Below are positions 25,556 through 39,134 of a stretch of 64,000 nucleotides of DNA, piece by piece (the stretch's first letter is position 1; every line of letters starts with the position of its first letter). Source of the stretch: Negaprion brevirostris (lineage: Eukaryota); assembly GCA_030324005.1 (NCBI GenBank), contig JARDVH010000001.1, positions 89,833,210-89,897,209 on the forward strand, written 5' to 3'. Position numbers and translations under genes: made by a program. The notes under the pieces were generated by a model that did no database searches, was not told the DNA's origin, and was given only the letters and a program-made list of their open reading frames with translations.

Positions 25556-28500
25556 TTCATTGAATGCAGTTTACATATGAGAAGGACTAGGTCATTTTAG
25601 CCCCTCAAGCTTATTCAGCCATTTAGTGATCATGACTGATCTGTGACTACCACTTTGCAGCTGCTACCAAGGGACCTATAGACATTTCCCATCACAGCCT
25701 TGAATCCTTTTCTATTTTTTAATTCTACCTGTGAACTCCCCACTGTCTGCTTAGCTCTGGTTGTATCCTTTTTTTTATCATTGAAGGGCTGTCAGCTATA
25801 ATCATTAATGCTAATACTTTCCCCATCTTTCCTCCAGGTCTTCATAACTTGGTATATTAATTCCCAGCCCTGCTGTCTTGTACCATGTCGCAGTCTTGTT
25901 ACTATGTCATGCCTTCCAAGTTGAATTTATGTTTCTTATACACACAGTGCATTTGTATGTAGAATCTTCATTTAGGTCAAACTCCCTAACCTATCCCGTT
26001 CTAATGTTTTGCTCTCGTGTTTCATGGAACCCCGGTTCAAGTTTTACCGAAAGTGCCCATACTTTGACCTTTCCATTACTCTGCTGGTGTTCATTTTATT
26101 TTTGAACTCAGTTAACTATCTTCTCTACCTGAGCCCTCCTCTCAATTCCACCTGCAAATGTTTCTTAATTCATACAGCCTACTTTCTTACTTTGAGAATA
26201 GATTACAAGTATGCTTTTTGAGGTAGGCAACTATGAACTAATTGGGCTAATTTGCATATATACATTCTAACAGCAAAAATGGACACAACTATTTTTGTAT
26301 GCCTGAAGTTGTCATGAAATAAAGGATAACTATAGGGCTTTGAGCTTAATGTGTTGGGTGGGGCACAGGGGGGAGAACAGAGTAAAATAGCAATTTGGGT
26401 AAAATCGCAATTTGGGTAAAATCAAGCACATTGTGTCAGGAAAGAACAGTATGTTGAATCAAATAAAATGTTAGTGATGAAGGCAACCTCTGGGAAAAGT
26501 AATAAATTGCTAAAATTAAAAGTGCAATGTCTGAATGCACAAAGCATTTGTAACAAAACAGTCAAGTCAATGGCGCAAACAGCAATGAGTAGGTGTGATT
26601 CAGTANNNNNNNNNNCCATCAAAGAGTTGGTTCTGAGGTGAACAACGTTGTGAGCTAGAATAGTTGATTTTTGGAAAAGGCGTCACTGACGGTGAGGGAT
26701 GAGATAATGATGGGGTAAAGGGATCTTGACCCAGAAAAACAGGATGTGAAATCAGTCTGAAGAAATGACAAAAGGCAAAAAAATCACTGGTGGGAATAGT
26801 TTATATGCCTCACCACCCTGACCATAATACAGTATTAGACCCAATAAAAGTTCAAAAGTTACAGCTGTACATAACAAGGGTAATGCAATAATTAATAGGC
26901 TTTAAATGTGTATACTCAAGGCAAACCAAATTGGCAAAGTAGCCTTGGAGAGGAGTTTGTGCCTGATGCCATGCAGTTAAACATTTGATATTGAGAGCAG
27001 TCACTCTCACTTAACCTCTGGCATTCAGCTGTTATATCCATGCTGGAACTAAGGCTGCAATGAGGTATTGAGCTGACTGGCCCCAGTGGAATCCAAACTG
27101 AGTATTGGTGAGTTGAGTAATCACTGCTTGATACAACTTCGCATCACCTGACTGATCGAGACTAGAGAGGTAATTGGCCAGTTCGGATTTGTTCGGTCTA
27201 ATGGACATAACCTGGGCAATTTCCTGCATTGTTGGATAGATGCCAATGCTGCATCTGTATCAGTAGTAAAGACAGAATATTATTTTGATGTACGTTTGCT
27301 GTTTTCTTAAAAAAAAACTAATTTCCAAGATGGCTGACTACCTGATTCTGTATCTTCTAAATCTGACAAGCTGCAGCACAGTACCTGAGAATGGAGCCGA
27401 AATCCAGTGTATTTTTGCATCCATCTTGTATGAGGTTAAATTTAATTTGCCTGAATTTGTGTGGTTGAACATACCTAGCCTTTTTGTGCTGAGTGATTTG
27501 TGAAGTTGCTATTTGTGCACTTATTTATGAAAGTGGTTAACTGCCTGAAGTGTTTTGAAACAAGGTCGGCATAATAAAGTGCCATATAAATACGTGCTAT
27601 TTTAAATAAATCCTCCTTGAAGGAGATCGACCGGGAGGAAACGAACAGCAATGTTGCACCTTTTGGAAATGTTGCTTTGTGTTGAATCTTTAGCCTGATT
27701 TGGGGGCTGAAACTTTAATATCCTGTGGGCACCTTTCCAAAAGTAACATCTTCCCGAGATTTTCTCCCTTACTTGTGATCTTTGAAATACAAGATTTGTT
27801 TTTCTTATGAAGGTTTGAGGCTGTTTACTAGAAAATGGCTGCAAATTCAGCACCCTGGTTTTGGCCATTCTTCTTTGCCATGTTTGATGTAATTGTTGTC
27901 TTTTTTTTCTTAACAAGCAACTTTCCCAAACCATCTAGCTCTTTGACTTGGGTTTTTTTGCACTTTGGATCTGGCGAAACACCAGCTGATTTTCCTGTGT
28001 TTTTATCTTTCTCACCTTCAGCCATTTGTGCATGAAGGAGCGTAAAACAGTTCAAATTTTTTAAAAGAATACACTGAACACAAACAGCATTTACTCACAT
28101 CTCACCAGAGCAAAACAGGTGACCAGGTTCAAAACTGAAGGACTGTTCTGCTGCTACATTGACTGCAATGACCTTGGCTTTGGGCCTCGAGGCACGAAAA
28201 TAATTTTCCGTTACTGAGTGTATTCGCTCATTTGGTGCATGCAAAACCAACAGCTGCTTCTGGATAACAAATATAAAAGCTAAGTGGCTGAGTTGTGCTG
28301 GCTGTGCTTCTGCAATTATGTTCAATTAGTTATTTACTTACATGTATGTCAAATTAGTTGTCCGTAATGTTCGTCAATTCCTTCCTACCTGTGAAAAATG
28401 GGCCAAATTGTTGTTTTCTGGTAAATATGGTGTTTTGGCATGCACGCACTTTTGCATCTACCATTGTGGAATTTTTTCCCAAGAACCCCCTGAGAATCCC

Positions 28501-28979
28501 AGTTTGGAAACACTGGCCTAATTTCCTAATCATTCATTCACTAGACATTCTCAATATGCTGGACAGTGTGTGTCCTGAATTCCATTTTGAATTTGAATTG
28601 ATTAATAGAAATCCCTTCCCCTGCCAGTTTTCTTCCTTTTTTTTATTTTCTTGCTGAACAGTGATTCATGGTGATGTACAGGGCTGTGGGCACAGTTAGT
28701 CCTCTTGTTCCTCACCTGAATGAACATTCTTTGTGTATGAGCTTCAATAGGGAATTTTGACTGTTTGCAGCTGAGCCTGAATGTTTTCTTAACATCTGTG
28801 CACTTGCATTTTCCAACAAGTGTTGCTATATAGTGACTGGGTGTGGATGCTGTTCGTTTTCTCCTTCATAGCCTGGGGTAATGAAATCTATTGCAATATC
28901 TTCATAGCTGTATTTTCTGATGAAAGTCGATATTGGTACCTTTCTGGAGTCTGCTGTTCAGTGTTTTGCTCTCTATTCT

Positions 28980-31710
28980 GGGAATTGGAGAATCCAGTTA
29001 TTGTGATCCATGTAGGTACCAATGACTTGGGTAGAAATAAGAGGTTCAGCCAGAAAATAAAGAACGGCAAAGAATGACTAAAAGGTTAATCAGGAGCAAG
29101 AAATAAGAGTACGAGAGGAAGCTGGCTGGAAATGTAAAAACGCGTAACAAGAGTTCCTACAGGAATTTAAAAAGGAAAGGAGTAAAATAAAGTGAGTGTT
29201 GGTCCTCCAGAATCACAAAACTGTTAGGGTACAGACAAAAGCCATTTGGCCCATTGTGCCTGTCTCTCATGTCTTTCATTCTTGATCCTTTTAGTGAGTG
29301 GGAGCAGTTTCTCTCTATCTACCTTGAACAGTCCCCTCACGATGGAGATTTTGAACACCTCTATCAAATCTCCTTTTACCTTTCTTCTCGCTAAGGAGCA
29401 GTCCCGACTTCTCCAATCTATCCTCATAACTTCTATTTTTGTGAACTTCTCCCACACTTTCTCCAATGTGTTCACTTCCTTCCTATAGCGTTAGCACCCA
29501 GAACTGTATACAGTTTCCCAGATGAAGTCTAACTGATGTTTTGAATATAATCAGCATAACCTCCTTGTTCTTGTACTCTATGCCACTGATAATAAAGCCC
29601 AGAATACTGTATGCTTTATTAACTGCTCTCTCCAATTGTTCTGTCATCTTCAATGATTATGCGTATGTACACCCAGGTCCCTCTATTTCCGCACCCCTTT
29701 TGGAATTTTATCCTTTAATTTGTATTGTCACTCCATGTTCCTCTTCCAAAATGCATCACCTCATACCTGTTTGCATTGAACTTCATTTGCCACCTATTTG
29801 TTGTTTTTGCTAACTTGTGTATTTCCTTTTTGAAGTTCTAGTAAGTGGCAATGGGGAGTTAATAGTAGATAATGAGGAAATGGCAAATGAAATGAACAAA
29901 TATTTTGCTTCTGTCTTCACTGTAGATGGTACGTTTGTAAAAGCGTTTTGTAAAAGCTGTAAATCAGGAGCTGGGAGGGAGAGAGAAACTTGGTGAAATT
30001 ACAAACGCTAGGGAAGCAGGGTACTGAGCAAACTGATGGAGCTGTGGACTGACAAGTCTGAGTCCACGTGGATTTCTTCCCAGGGTCTTGAGAGTTGGCC
30101 AATGAGGTACAAAGAACAGCCCAGCACGGGAAACAGGCCCTTCGGCCCAACGAGCCCACGCTGCCATTTTAACAAAGCATTTTCCTACACCTACCTTACC
30201 CCGTGTGTACGTGAATGGTACCCCTATTGTAGCCAGATTCAGGGGAGAATAGTGTAGGGTCAATTTGGTACACCAGTCAGCTTAAGAGCACATCTTTGGG
30301 GTGTGGGAGGAAACCGGAGCACCCGGAGGAAGCCCACGCAACCACAGGGAGAATGCGCAAACTCCCACAGACACTGGCCCAAATCCATGTATCTGCACAG
30401 CTAGCAGTGNNNNNNNNNNNNNNNNNNNNNNNNNNNNNNNNNNNNNNNNNNNNNNNNNNNNNNNNNNNNNNNNNNNNNNNNNNNNNNNNNNNNNNNNNNN
30501 NNNNNNNNNCCCCATAGCCCCTGCCATGTCCTGACCTCCCTTGGAATTATATATACCGAAATGGAACACAGGAAAGATGGAACCAGCAGCTCACCTTGCC
30601 TAAGCCTGCTCTCACCTAAGCCCAGCGAGCCAAAGCCCTTATAGCTCTCACTCAGCTCCCACTCATTCCGCTGCCCGCTCCTGATACTTCCCGCTGTCTA
30701 TTATGGCCTTCTTTTTATACCCCCCGGTCTCCCTTCCCGACTAGCCCCTTGCCTGACTTCCGCTATGGAAATAAAAAGTACTCACAAAAACCCCGCGAAC
30801 CGGAAATGCAGTCAAAAGCTTCCAAAGTAAAATCAAACACTCACCACAGCCACCAGGTACACTGCTCTGGAGAACAATGAGCAAGATGCATAGGTAGTAG
30901 ATGCATTATTAATTTTGCAAAGTTCACTAGATTCTGGAAAGTCAGACTGGAAAGTATTGCCCCCATTCGGGGAGGGAGGCACAAAACAAGAAACTGTAGT
31001 CAGATAGCTTGACATCTGTCATGAGGACGGTGTTAGAATTGACTATTAAAAAGGCTGGACATTTGGAAAGACTCAAGGCAAGCGTCAGAATGGTTTTGTG
31101 AAAGGGAAATCATATTAAACCAATTCACCAGAGTTATTTTAAGAAGTAACTTGTGCTGCGGATAAAGGAGAACCTGGAGTTGTACTAGATTGCCAGAAAG
31201 CATTTGATAAGGTGCCACATCAAAGGTTATTGCAGAAAATAAGAGCTAATGGTGTGCAAGGGGAAAAAGATTGGCTGGCAGAAAACAGAATATGCATAAA
31301 TGGGTCTCTTCTGATTATAAGGATGTAACACATGGAACCCTATCAGGGGTCTGCTGAGCCCTCAACTTTTTACAATTTACATAAGAACATAAGAAATAGG
31401 AGCAGGAGTAGGCCTTCAAGCCTGCCCCGCCATTCAATAAGATCATGGCTGATCTGTCGCATCAAAAGACTTGGATGGATGAGGGAAGTGAAGGCATGGT
31501 CACTGAATTTGTAGTCAACACAAAGGTAGGAAAGTATGTTGAGTTTGCAAATGTATATAGATAGGTTGGATTGATGGGCAAACTACTTGGCAGATGAAAT
31601 ATAATGTGGAAATTGTGAAGTTGTTCACTTTGGCAGTAAGAATAAAAAAAAGAGTATTACTTAAACAGAGATTTCTGAGATGCAGAGAGATCTAGATATT
31701 CTTCATTGAA
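28980..31710. mobile_element. Nested CR1 LINE cluster
   Basis: ORF1 esterase-like VIVIHVGTNDLG at about 29000; plus-strand ORF2 pieces (29840-30100 and 30870-31700, with AFDKVPHQRLL at about 31200); a minus-strand CR1 at 29220-29840; a short young minus-strand tail at 31381-31455. Confidence 0.75.
30104..30409 (-). mobile_element. V-SINE-like SINE (different subfamily), cut by a gap
   Basis: tgtgggaggaaaccggagcacccggaggaagcccacgca is the reverse complement of the V-domain. Confidence 0.75.
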
Positions 31711-33100
31711 GGCTGATGTTTCCTGTCTCGCGGAAGGATTGTGTCCTTTCTCCGCACTGGTTTGAAGCTTAGGTGTTGGGTCCATACATTGCCTTGATAT
31801 CACTGAAGAAGCCATGGTGTTGTGCTTGTTAGCAAGAAGTTACAGTTCCTTGGCTTTCTCAATCAACCACTGGTTCTTGATCTCCCTAGTTCTGCTTTGT
31901 ACTTCTCTTTGCTGTTGGATGAATTCTTCGCATTGCTGGCGATGTTGTTTTGCCAGACGCAGAGGGCTTTCTTCATCGATGACCTCATTCTCGTTGAACC
32001 AGTCTTGGTGCTTCCTAGTCTTGTAGCCAATAGTTTCTTCTCAGCTCGATGATGGCTGTCTTCGGCACTTTCCAGTTTTTATCCACTCCCATTAGAATAG
32101 ATACTTTGGAGATTTTGCTAAAGACATTGTTGAAAGTTCACTCGCAATGCTTGACTCTTAAATCACTCTATTGATCTTTTTCTGAGCTGTTCCTTCATCC
32201 TCACCACTTTTGGGAGTGGATGAGCTGGTGATCTGTCCAGCAGTCATATGCACTGGTCATTGCTTTGGTAATGCACTCATCCTTTTGGTCTTGGGATCGC
32301 ATAATGTAGTCGATCATTTGCCAGTGCTTTGATTGTGGATGTCTCCAGCAAGTCTTGAACTTGTATTTTAGTGGAACGATGTGGTAGTGATAAGCTGGTG
32401 TTCCATACATTTGGCGAGCAATTCCCAACTCCTTCCTTTCAAATGGTTCTGCTCCAGAGTTGGAAGTCTTTTCCAACCCTGGCACTGAAGTCCTCAAGGA
32501 GGATGACCTTATCTTCCTTAGGAATGTTGGAGAGTGTGATGTCCAAGGTGGAATATAAGTCTTCTTCGGACTTGTCGTCAACATCAAGGGTTGGGGTGTA
32601 GGCACTCACTACCATTGCTTGCTAACTCGTGGCAAGTTGTGGACGGAGGGTCATGAGGCATTCATTAATGTAGGTAGAGATCTGGGTCGGTTGAGTTTTT
32701 TGTTCTTGATAGTGAACCCAATTCCATGTGTCCTGAGCTGATCCTTGGACTTCCCCCTCCAGAAAAGGTGTAATCACTGCTGCCTTCCCTCAGTTGCTCT
32801 TCGCATGCCCTTCATGACTCTTGCAGGGCAGCAATGTGAATACTGAGTTCACAGGCATCAAGGACAGTTCTCCATTCTGGTCATCTGCTCTGCTTGTTAT
32901 CCATGAGGATTCATACGTTCCAGGTTCTGAGATTGAGTTTAGCATTGATTTTCTGACCGCGGGTAGACGAGTCTGCTGGACGCGGTTTTCTAACCGGGTT
33001 GAAAATGGAACAGACTTTTTTTAGGGCACCTTTTTTAGCCCCTTCCTCGTGAGGGTGAACAGAGTGGATCCTGAAGAGAGCTGCTCCGTTGTGAAGAAAG
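31710..33100 (-). mobile_element. RTE-clade LINE, 5' part with decayed AP-endonuclease domain
   Basis: Minus-strand translation gives LNLRTWNV (APE N-terminus), AYTPTL, and WRHPQSKHWQMIDYIM...CWTDH, characteristic of RTE endonucleases; multiple frameshifts. Confidence 0.8.
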
Positions 33101-33874
33101 CTGCTGAAAATTATTGGAGAATTATTGTGTGTACCGCACATCTTTTATTTGTGAGACTGCAAGTTACTATGAAAAGAAAACTAGTCTTGGTAAAATGTTG
33201 TAAATCTGCCTCTGCTATGGAGTTATTAGATTGTTGGCACTGTCGACGTTCGGATGAGATGTTTATCTGGGGTTTCATCTACTTGTTAAGGGAAATAAGA
33301 ATTTTTCAAAGAGGACCAGGAGAATTCTTCCTTTGTCCTGGGTAGCATTTCTTTTCAAACGTATTTATTCTTGTGCTACCTTAGAAAGGAGCTTTATTGG
33401 GTATAGATTTGAGGTAAAATTGCCTGTGGAACAGAGGTGATGCTTTGTAATTTATTGGCTGTAAAGAGCTTTGGAATGTCCTGAGGATGTGGAAGCTGCT
33501 GTATAAAATGTAGATTTATTTTTCATAGTCCTGTTTGTGAGACCTGAATGCTATTTGCTGGAGACCTTTTGACCATGTTTGGAAATTACAATTATTATTC
33601 AAGATGGGCAAGTTTTATTCCAAACTCAATACAAATTTCTAATGTGTATTCACTTCCCGTTCAACAGGTTAAAGGTTAACATAAACCTATTCAATTTGTC
33701 AAATAGGTTGTAGATGTAGTGATCCTTTTTTATCGTATTTAAAGTGTGTAAACATAAATGTCAATATTAAAGGTTTATAAGATTCCTTGGCATGTTTACA
33801 CCACTTTAATATCTGCAGTGATTGGCTCAGAATACAGAACTGTGTAATATACTATCAAAGATATTTTGGATGAA

Positions 33875-34237
33875 TTTTTTTTATTATTCATTTGTGGAAC
33901 ATGAGTGTCACTGGCTGGCCAGTATTTATTGCACTTCCCTAGTTGCCCTTGGAAGGCAGTTGATAGTCAACCACAGTGCTGTGGCTCTAGAGCCACATGT
34001 AGGCCAGACCAGGTAACGACGGCTGATTTCCTTCCCTGAAGGACATTAGTGAACAGATGGGCTTTTCTATCAATTAACAACAGATTCATGGTCATTTAGT
34101 AGATTCTTAATTCCAGATACTTGTAATTGAATTCAATTCCACCATCTGCCATAGCGGATTCCGAACCCAGGTCTCCAGAACGTATGGTGAGTTTCTGGAT
34201 TAGTAGTCTAGTGATAATACTACTAGGCCATTGCCTT
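33875..34237 (-). mobile_element. tRNA-derived SINE with a tail shared with the CR1-clade LINE at 3373
   Basis: Reverse complement starts ggcaatggcctagtagtattatcactagactactaatcc...gacctgggttcggaatcc (A/B boxes) and ends gggcaactagggaagtgcaataaatactggccagccag. Confidence 0.6.
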
Positions 34238-34647
34238 GTTTTTCTAGTAGGAAATGGTATTTTCAGCAGAGTGGTGGAAGGAGCCATCTATTTATAATTT
34301 GATAGAGGGTGATGAAGATGATTTATCGCCAGTGTGGTTATCTACAGATTAGAAGAAACATTTTTTCACTTTATCCTATTAATTTAAAACCTTTCTGACA
34401 GGCAAAAAATTTCAAACTACTCAGTGATTCACATTAAACAAAACAGTGCTTAATATTCCAAAAGAAATTAAACTGACTTGGAATTAGACTGGCATTCGTG
34501 TCTGGGTTCTTTGTACGGTTTTCCAAAAAAATCAGATCATCTCGATTTTATTGAGGTCTCATTTGAAAAATGGATTTTTTTTAAGAAGTAGTTCTGTCAG
34601 AGTTAATTACTGCTCAGCGTATAATGTTTGAATTTGTGTCATTGTGA

Positions 34648-34824
<177 letters not shown>

Positions 34825-36384
34825 TAAAATACGGAATGCTAGTGATCCTGGTGCATTATGTCTGGAAGCACTGGAATGAATTGTTTCGTACTGAACATTG
34901 TGCTGCATCAATTGGAGTGGTTCTTGGGGAATGAGATGGAAGAGTGCACATGTGGTTTTCAAACTGGTTTTGTCATGTTTTGCGTTACAACGTTCCTGTG
35001 AAGGGTCTTGAGATGCTTTGTTATGTTGAAGACTTTCTATAAATATAAAAGTTTTCATTTCTGATTAGTAGACACATTTTGTTCTTTCTATATGTTACTT
35101 TCTTCCTTTCTACCCTTAAAGCAATTATTCCTATTGTGCTATGGTTACATGTGGCGATCACTCTCTGGTATCTGATCCAAGTGACCACTCTTCAACAGTC
35201 AATCTTTGAGTGTTGATAGGCTGGTTAACAGTGCTAAGTATCACAACTGAACCCCCATAAATACACACCCACCATCTGCATATAGTGATAAGGAGCAGGA
35301 ATCCTGGCTGATGAAATGTTTTTCCCCTAGAGCTTAGTTGTTGTAGCCAGTTTTCACACCCATTCCGCTGCTTGACCAGTATCATCTAACTCAGCACAGT
35401 CCATAACTCAAACCTGGGGTATCTCTCCCTCCTTATGGCTCAACATCTGAGACTTCTTATTTCAGCTGTTGACAAGTTCTTAATTTTGTTTCTCGAAATA
35501 GATCTCAGATCTATTCATTCTTCGTACACCCTACTGCTTATTAAAAGAAGCTTGTTTTCTCCCCATCTTTCTCCATGCACTGTCATTGCCCGTGCATGAG
35601 AGAGTAGAAATTCCCTCTTCTGCTAATTGCAGCCTGAAATTACTGAACAATTGCCTAGGGAATGAAACTTGGAATCTTTTTCCTCATATCCAGTTTGGGA
35701 AAAAGCACCTTTTTTGTGCTTCAGCAGAGTAATGAATAATAGTTACACAGCATCTGTCTTGGGTCCTATTTCCTCTTGAACTCCTTCCAGTGTTAACCCA
35801 CCACCCAGCCCAAACTTTTGTGTTCTTACGCTCTTTGTCAAATATTTCTGTGAGTTCTCCTTTTACACGTGAGGGTGACAAAGTCATTGGTGCAATATTG
35901 AACTCATTGGAAAGCTACCTCCCATCATTGTCCCGCTAGTTTCCAACTAGATATTGTGGCACAATGCAGCACTTGGGGAAGAAAGGTCACAGCACTACAT
36001 GTACATGGTATAGTGAGCCACCACTGCTTGATTTCCTCCTTATCTTTAACTCTGAATATCAGACATGAACAAGTCTAAAGATTTATAAGTTGTTGGGTCC
36101 TCTGATAAATGCCCAATTGTATACCGTGCATTCACTGTGATCTCCTCTTCTTTAACATGTAAATTTGCAATATCTTTGCATTATCAAATCTTTATTCTGT
36201 CCATCTGTGATTTTTCTCACCAGTTGCCATTCAGCTCTCACTGAATTCCTTTATAAATCCTGTCTCTTGCACCTTCCACATCAACTTTTGATCCAAAGAA
36301 TGTGCACAACCAGCTAACTCTGACCTCCTTGTTCATATTAACTGACTGTGTGGAGTTGTTTTACTCTGAGTTGCACAAGGGTAA

Positions 36385-37118
36385 AAATACGCAAGGATAT
36401 TTTGGCCTTGGAGGGAGTGCAGAGGAGGTTTACTAGGCTGATGCCAGAGTTGAGGGGGTTGAGCNNNNNNNNNNNNNNNNNNNNNNNNNNNNNNNNNNNN
36501 NNNNNNNNNNNNNNNNNNNNNNNNNNNNNNNNNNNNNNNNNNNNNNNNNNNNNNNNNNNNNNNNNNNNNNNNNNNNNNNNNNNNNNNNNNNNNNNNNNNN
36601 NNNNNNNNNNNNNNNNNNNNNNNNNNNNNNNNNNNNNNNNNNNNNNNNNNNNNNNNNNNNNNNNNNNNNNNNNNNNNNNNNNNNNNNNNNNNNNNNNNNN
36701 NNNNNNNNNNNNNNNNNNNNNNNNNNNNNNNNNNNNNNNNNNNNNNNNNNNNNNNNNNNNNNNNNNNNNNNNNNNNNNNNNNNNNNNNNNNNNNNNNNNN
36801 NNNNNNNNNNNNNNNNNNNNNNNNNNNNNNNNNNNNNNNNNNNNNNNNNNNNNNNNNNNNNNNNNNNNNNNNNNNNNNNNNNNNNNNNNNNNNNNNNNNN
36901 NNNNNNNNNNNNNNNNNNNNNNNNNNNNNNNNNNNNNNNNNNNNNNNNNNNNNNNNNNNNNNNNNNNNNNNNNNNNNNNNNNNNNNNNNNNNNNNNNNNN
37001 NNNNNNNNNNNNNNNNNNNNNNNNNNNNNNNNNNNNNNNNNNNNNNNTTATTGAATGGCGGGGCAGGCTCGAAGGGCTAGATGGCCTACTCCTGCTCCTA
37101 TTTCTTATGTTCTTATGT
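36385..37118 (+). mobile_element. Young CR1 3' end spanning a gap
   Basis: RKDILALEGVQRRFTRLMPELRGLS before the gap; tail cctactcctgctcctatttcttatgttcttatg after it, near-identical to 4652-4723. Confidence 0.85.
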
Positions 37119-37904
37119 AAAAACTCTTCCCTTTCCCTCTTAGCTCTTAATGTAAGCTGATGACTCCATCTCTAGAATTTTTTTCACTTTCTGAATCTAG
37201 CAATTCTAAAATGGTTGTAACTTTTGGCTTTAGGCTTGCAGTGAATTACGTGGAATGTATAGCACAGAAACTTATCATTCAACCCAACTAGTCTGTGTGG
37301 CTATTTGTAATTCAGAGCTCCTCCCATTCCATTTACCTTATTTCAGCTTTTCGGAATATTCAATGTATTCACGTTCACGTGTCTCAGAAACATGGACGTT
37401 AAATAAAGATCTGTAGAAGAAAATAGGCCCTAGAATGGTGGATACTAAGACTTGTGCTAAAAATTCCACACTTGGCCCAATAGACAAATGAAGCAGTGCT
37501 TGAAATTGAGAGCAGAACCAACTCTTTAGTGACATCCAGAAAAATAAAATGCCAGTATTGTGATTGATCAGAGTTGAAAAGCTGCTACGATCTTTACCAG
37601 ACGGATAGGTGAAGGGCAGTAGAAAGAGGGGTCAACTCGGTGTAGTTGGATGACGGATGACACTCAGTGATTGCAGGTGGGCTAAAGTGGATGTGTCAGG
37701 ATGGTGCGGAACAGAGGAGTGTGACAGCAGATCTCCTGATAGAAGAAGCTACAAGTAGCAATAACAGCAACTCATCAGATTTCCTGTTTAAAGCTTCCAA
37801 GTTCCAAAATATATCCACTCTAGGAGTAAACAAATTTCTCCTTGTTTTCCTATTAGAGATGTTAATTTATTTATGAACCCTAATTTTGGATTCGTGCACA
37901 CAAG

Positions 37905-38025
37905 TCCAGGAGCTTAAGGTGCTGAAAGCTAGTGCTGCCAAACAACCGGTTGGACTTTAACCTGGTGTTGTGAGACTTCTTACTCTGCTTACCCCAGTCC
38001 AACACCAGCATCTCCATATCATAAT
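37905..38025 (+). mobile_element. Penelope-like pLTR fragment
   Basis: gaaagctagtgctgccaaacaaccggttggactttaacctggtgttgtgagacttcttact..ccccagtccaac, same family as 25020 and 61745. Confidence 0.6.
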
Positions 38026-38029
38026 TTTA

Positions 38030-38560
38030 AAGACCCCAGCAAGAGTGTGTCTTTTCTAACAAAATGAGTTCTTCAGTCTTTCCTGATGGAGGTACAATGT
38101 CTCAGTTATGGAATAACCTTATAATTTTTTTCACATTTTCTGTGTGCCTCTGCATCCTTTTTAATATTAGGATGGCCAGAACTGTGCACAGTACTTCAAA
38201 TGTAACCTGACGATGGCTTATATGCAAGTTTAACTTGAATTCACCACTCCTGTTTGCTATTCCCACTAGAAATAAATCTGTTTTAGCCTTTTTAATTGCT
38301 TTGTTGACCTGAAATGTTGGTTTTAATGATTTGTTCATCTGTCTATCTATTTCTTTTTGCTCTTCTACACTCAGTTTCTTTCCATGGTGCAGGTGATGTT
38401 TCTGTTTTTCCCCTTTACCTCACGTTTATCCATATTAAAGCCCCATTTGCCAGTTAATTGTGCATACTTCAGTTACTCCCATTTTGATTTATTTTTCCTC
38501 CTTTTTGATATTGGAAATAGCTGCTACATCTGCTTCAATTTTGTGTGGCAGTTGACTTAA
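38030..38560 (-). mobile_element. Decayed CR1 fragment
   Basis: ccagaactgtgcacagtacttcaa is the reverse complement of LKYCAQFW; minus ORF contains NKAIKKA. Confidence 0.65.
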
Positions 38561-39134
38561 AACTCTAAGTGATAACCTGATCCTGTTTTGTTGGGGGAGG
38601 AGATTAGTTACTTAACCCGTGGCACGAGAATAGATCATTTGGTCTCATTCAGTGTTGTGTTGGGATAGCTGCTACTCAATCTGTGTGCACCAGGTTTGGC
38701 CCAGTCTGATTTGTTGGGCTGACCTTTTTTGTTTGCCACCTGTGGAATTCCACATCTTCTGGGGCCTGGACACAAACCCACTTTATTTCCTTTTCTGTAT
38801 TGAGTTTTTGGATGGACTTTTGTTTCATTGCTTCAGGATAGAGCCATAGAAAATTTACAGCTCAGAAACAGGCCTTTTTTGCCTAGTCCCACTGACCTGC
38901 ACTTAGACCATATCCCTCCACACCCCTCTCATCCATGTACCTGTCCAAGTTTTTCTTAAATGTTAAAAGTGAGCCCACATTTANNNNNNNNNNNNNNNNN
39001 NNNNNNNNNNNNNNNNNNNNNNNNNNNNNNATTGCTAACTCTCAAATTTTCATTTTTCAAATGTTTATTTGCTCCCTTTTCGAATGGTATAGAATTTGTC
39101 TACACCGTGTCCAAAAAATTGCGAAAAGCTGCAA

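Noticed and set aside
26390-26423. 17-bp tandem duplication gcaatttgggtaaaatc x2
   Set aside because: Simple slippage duplication with no sign of function.
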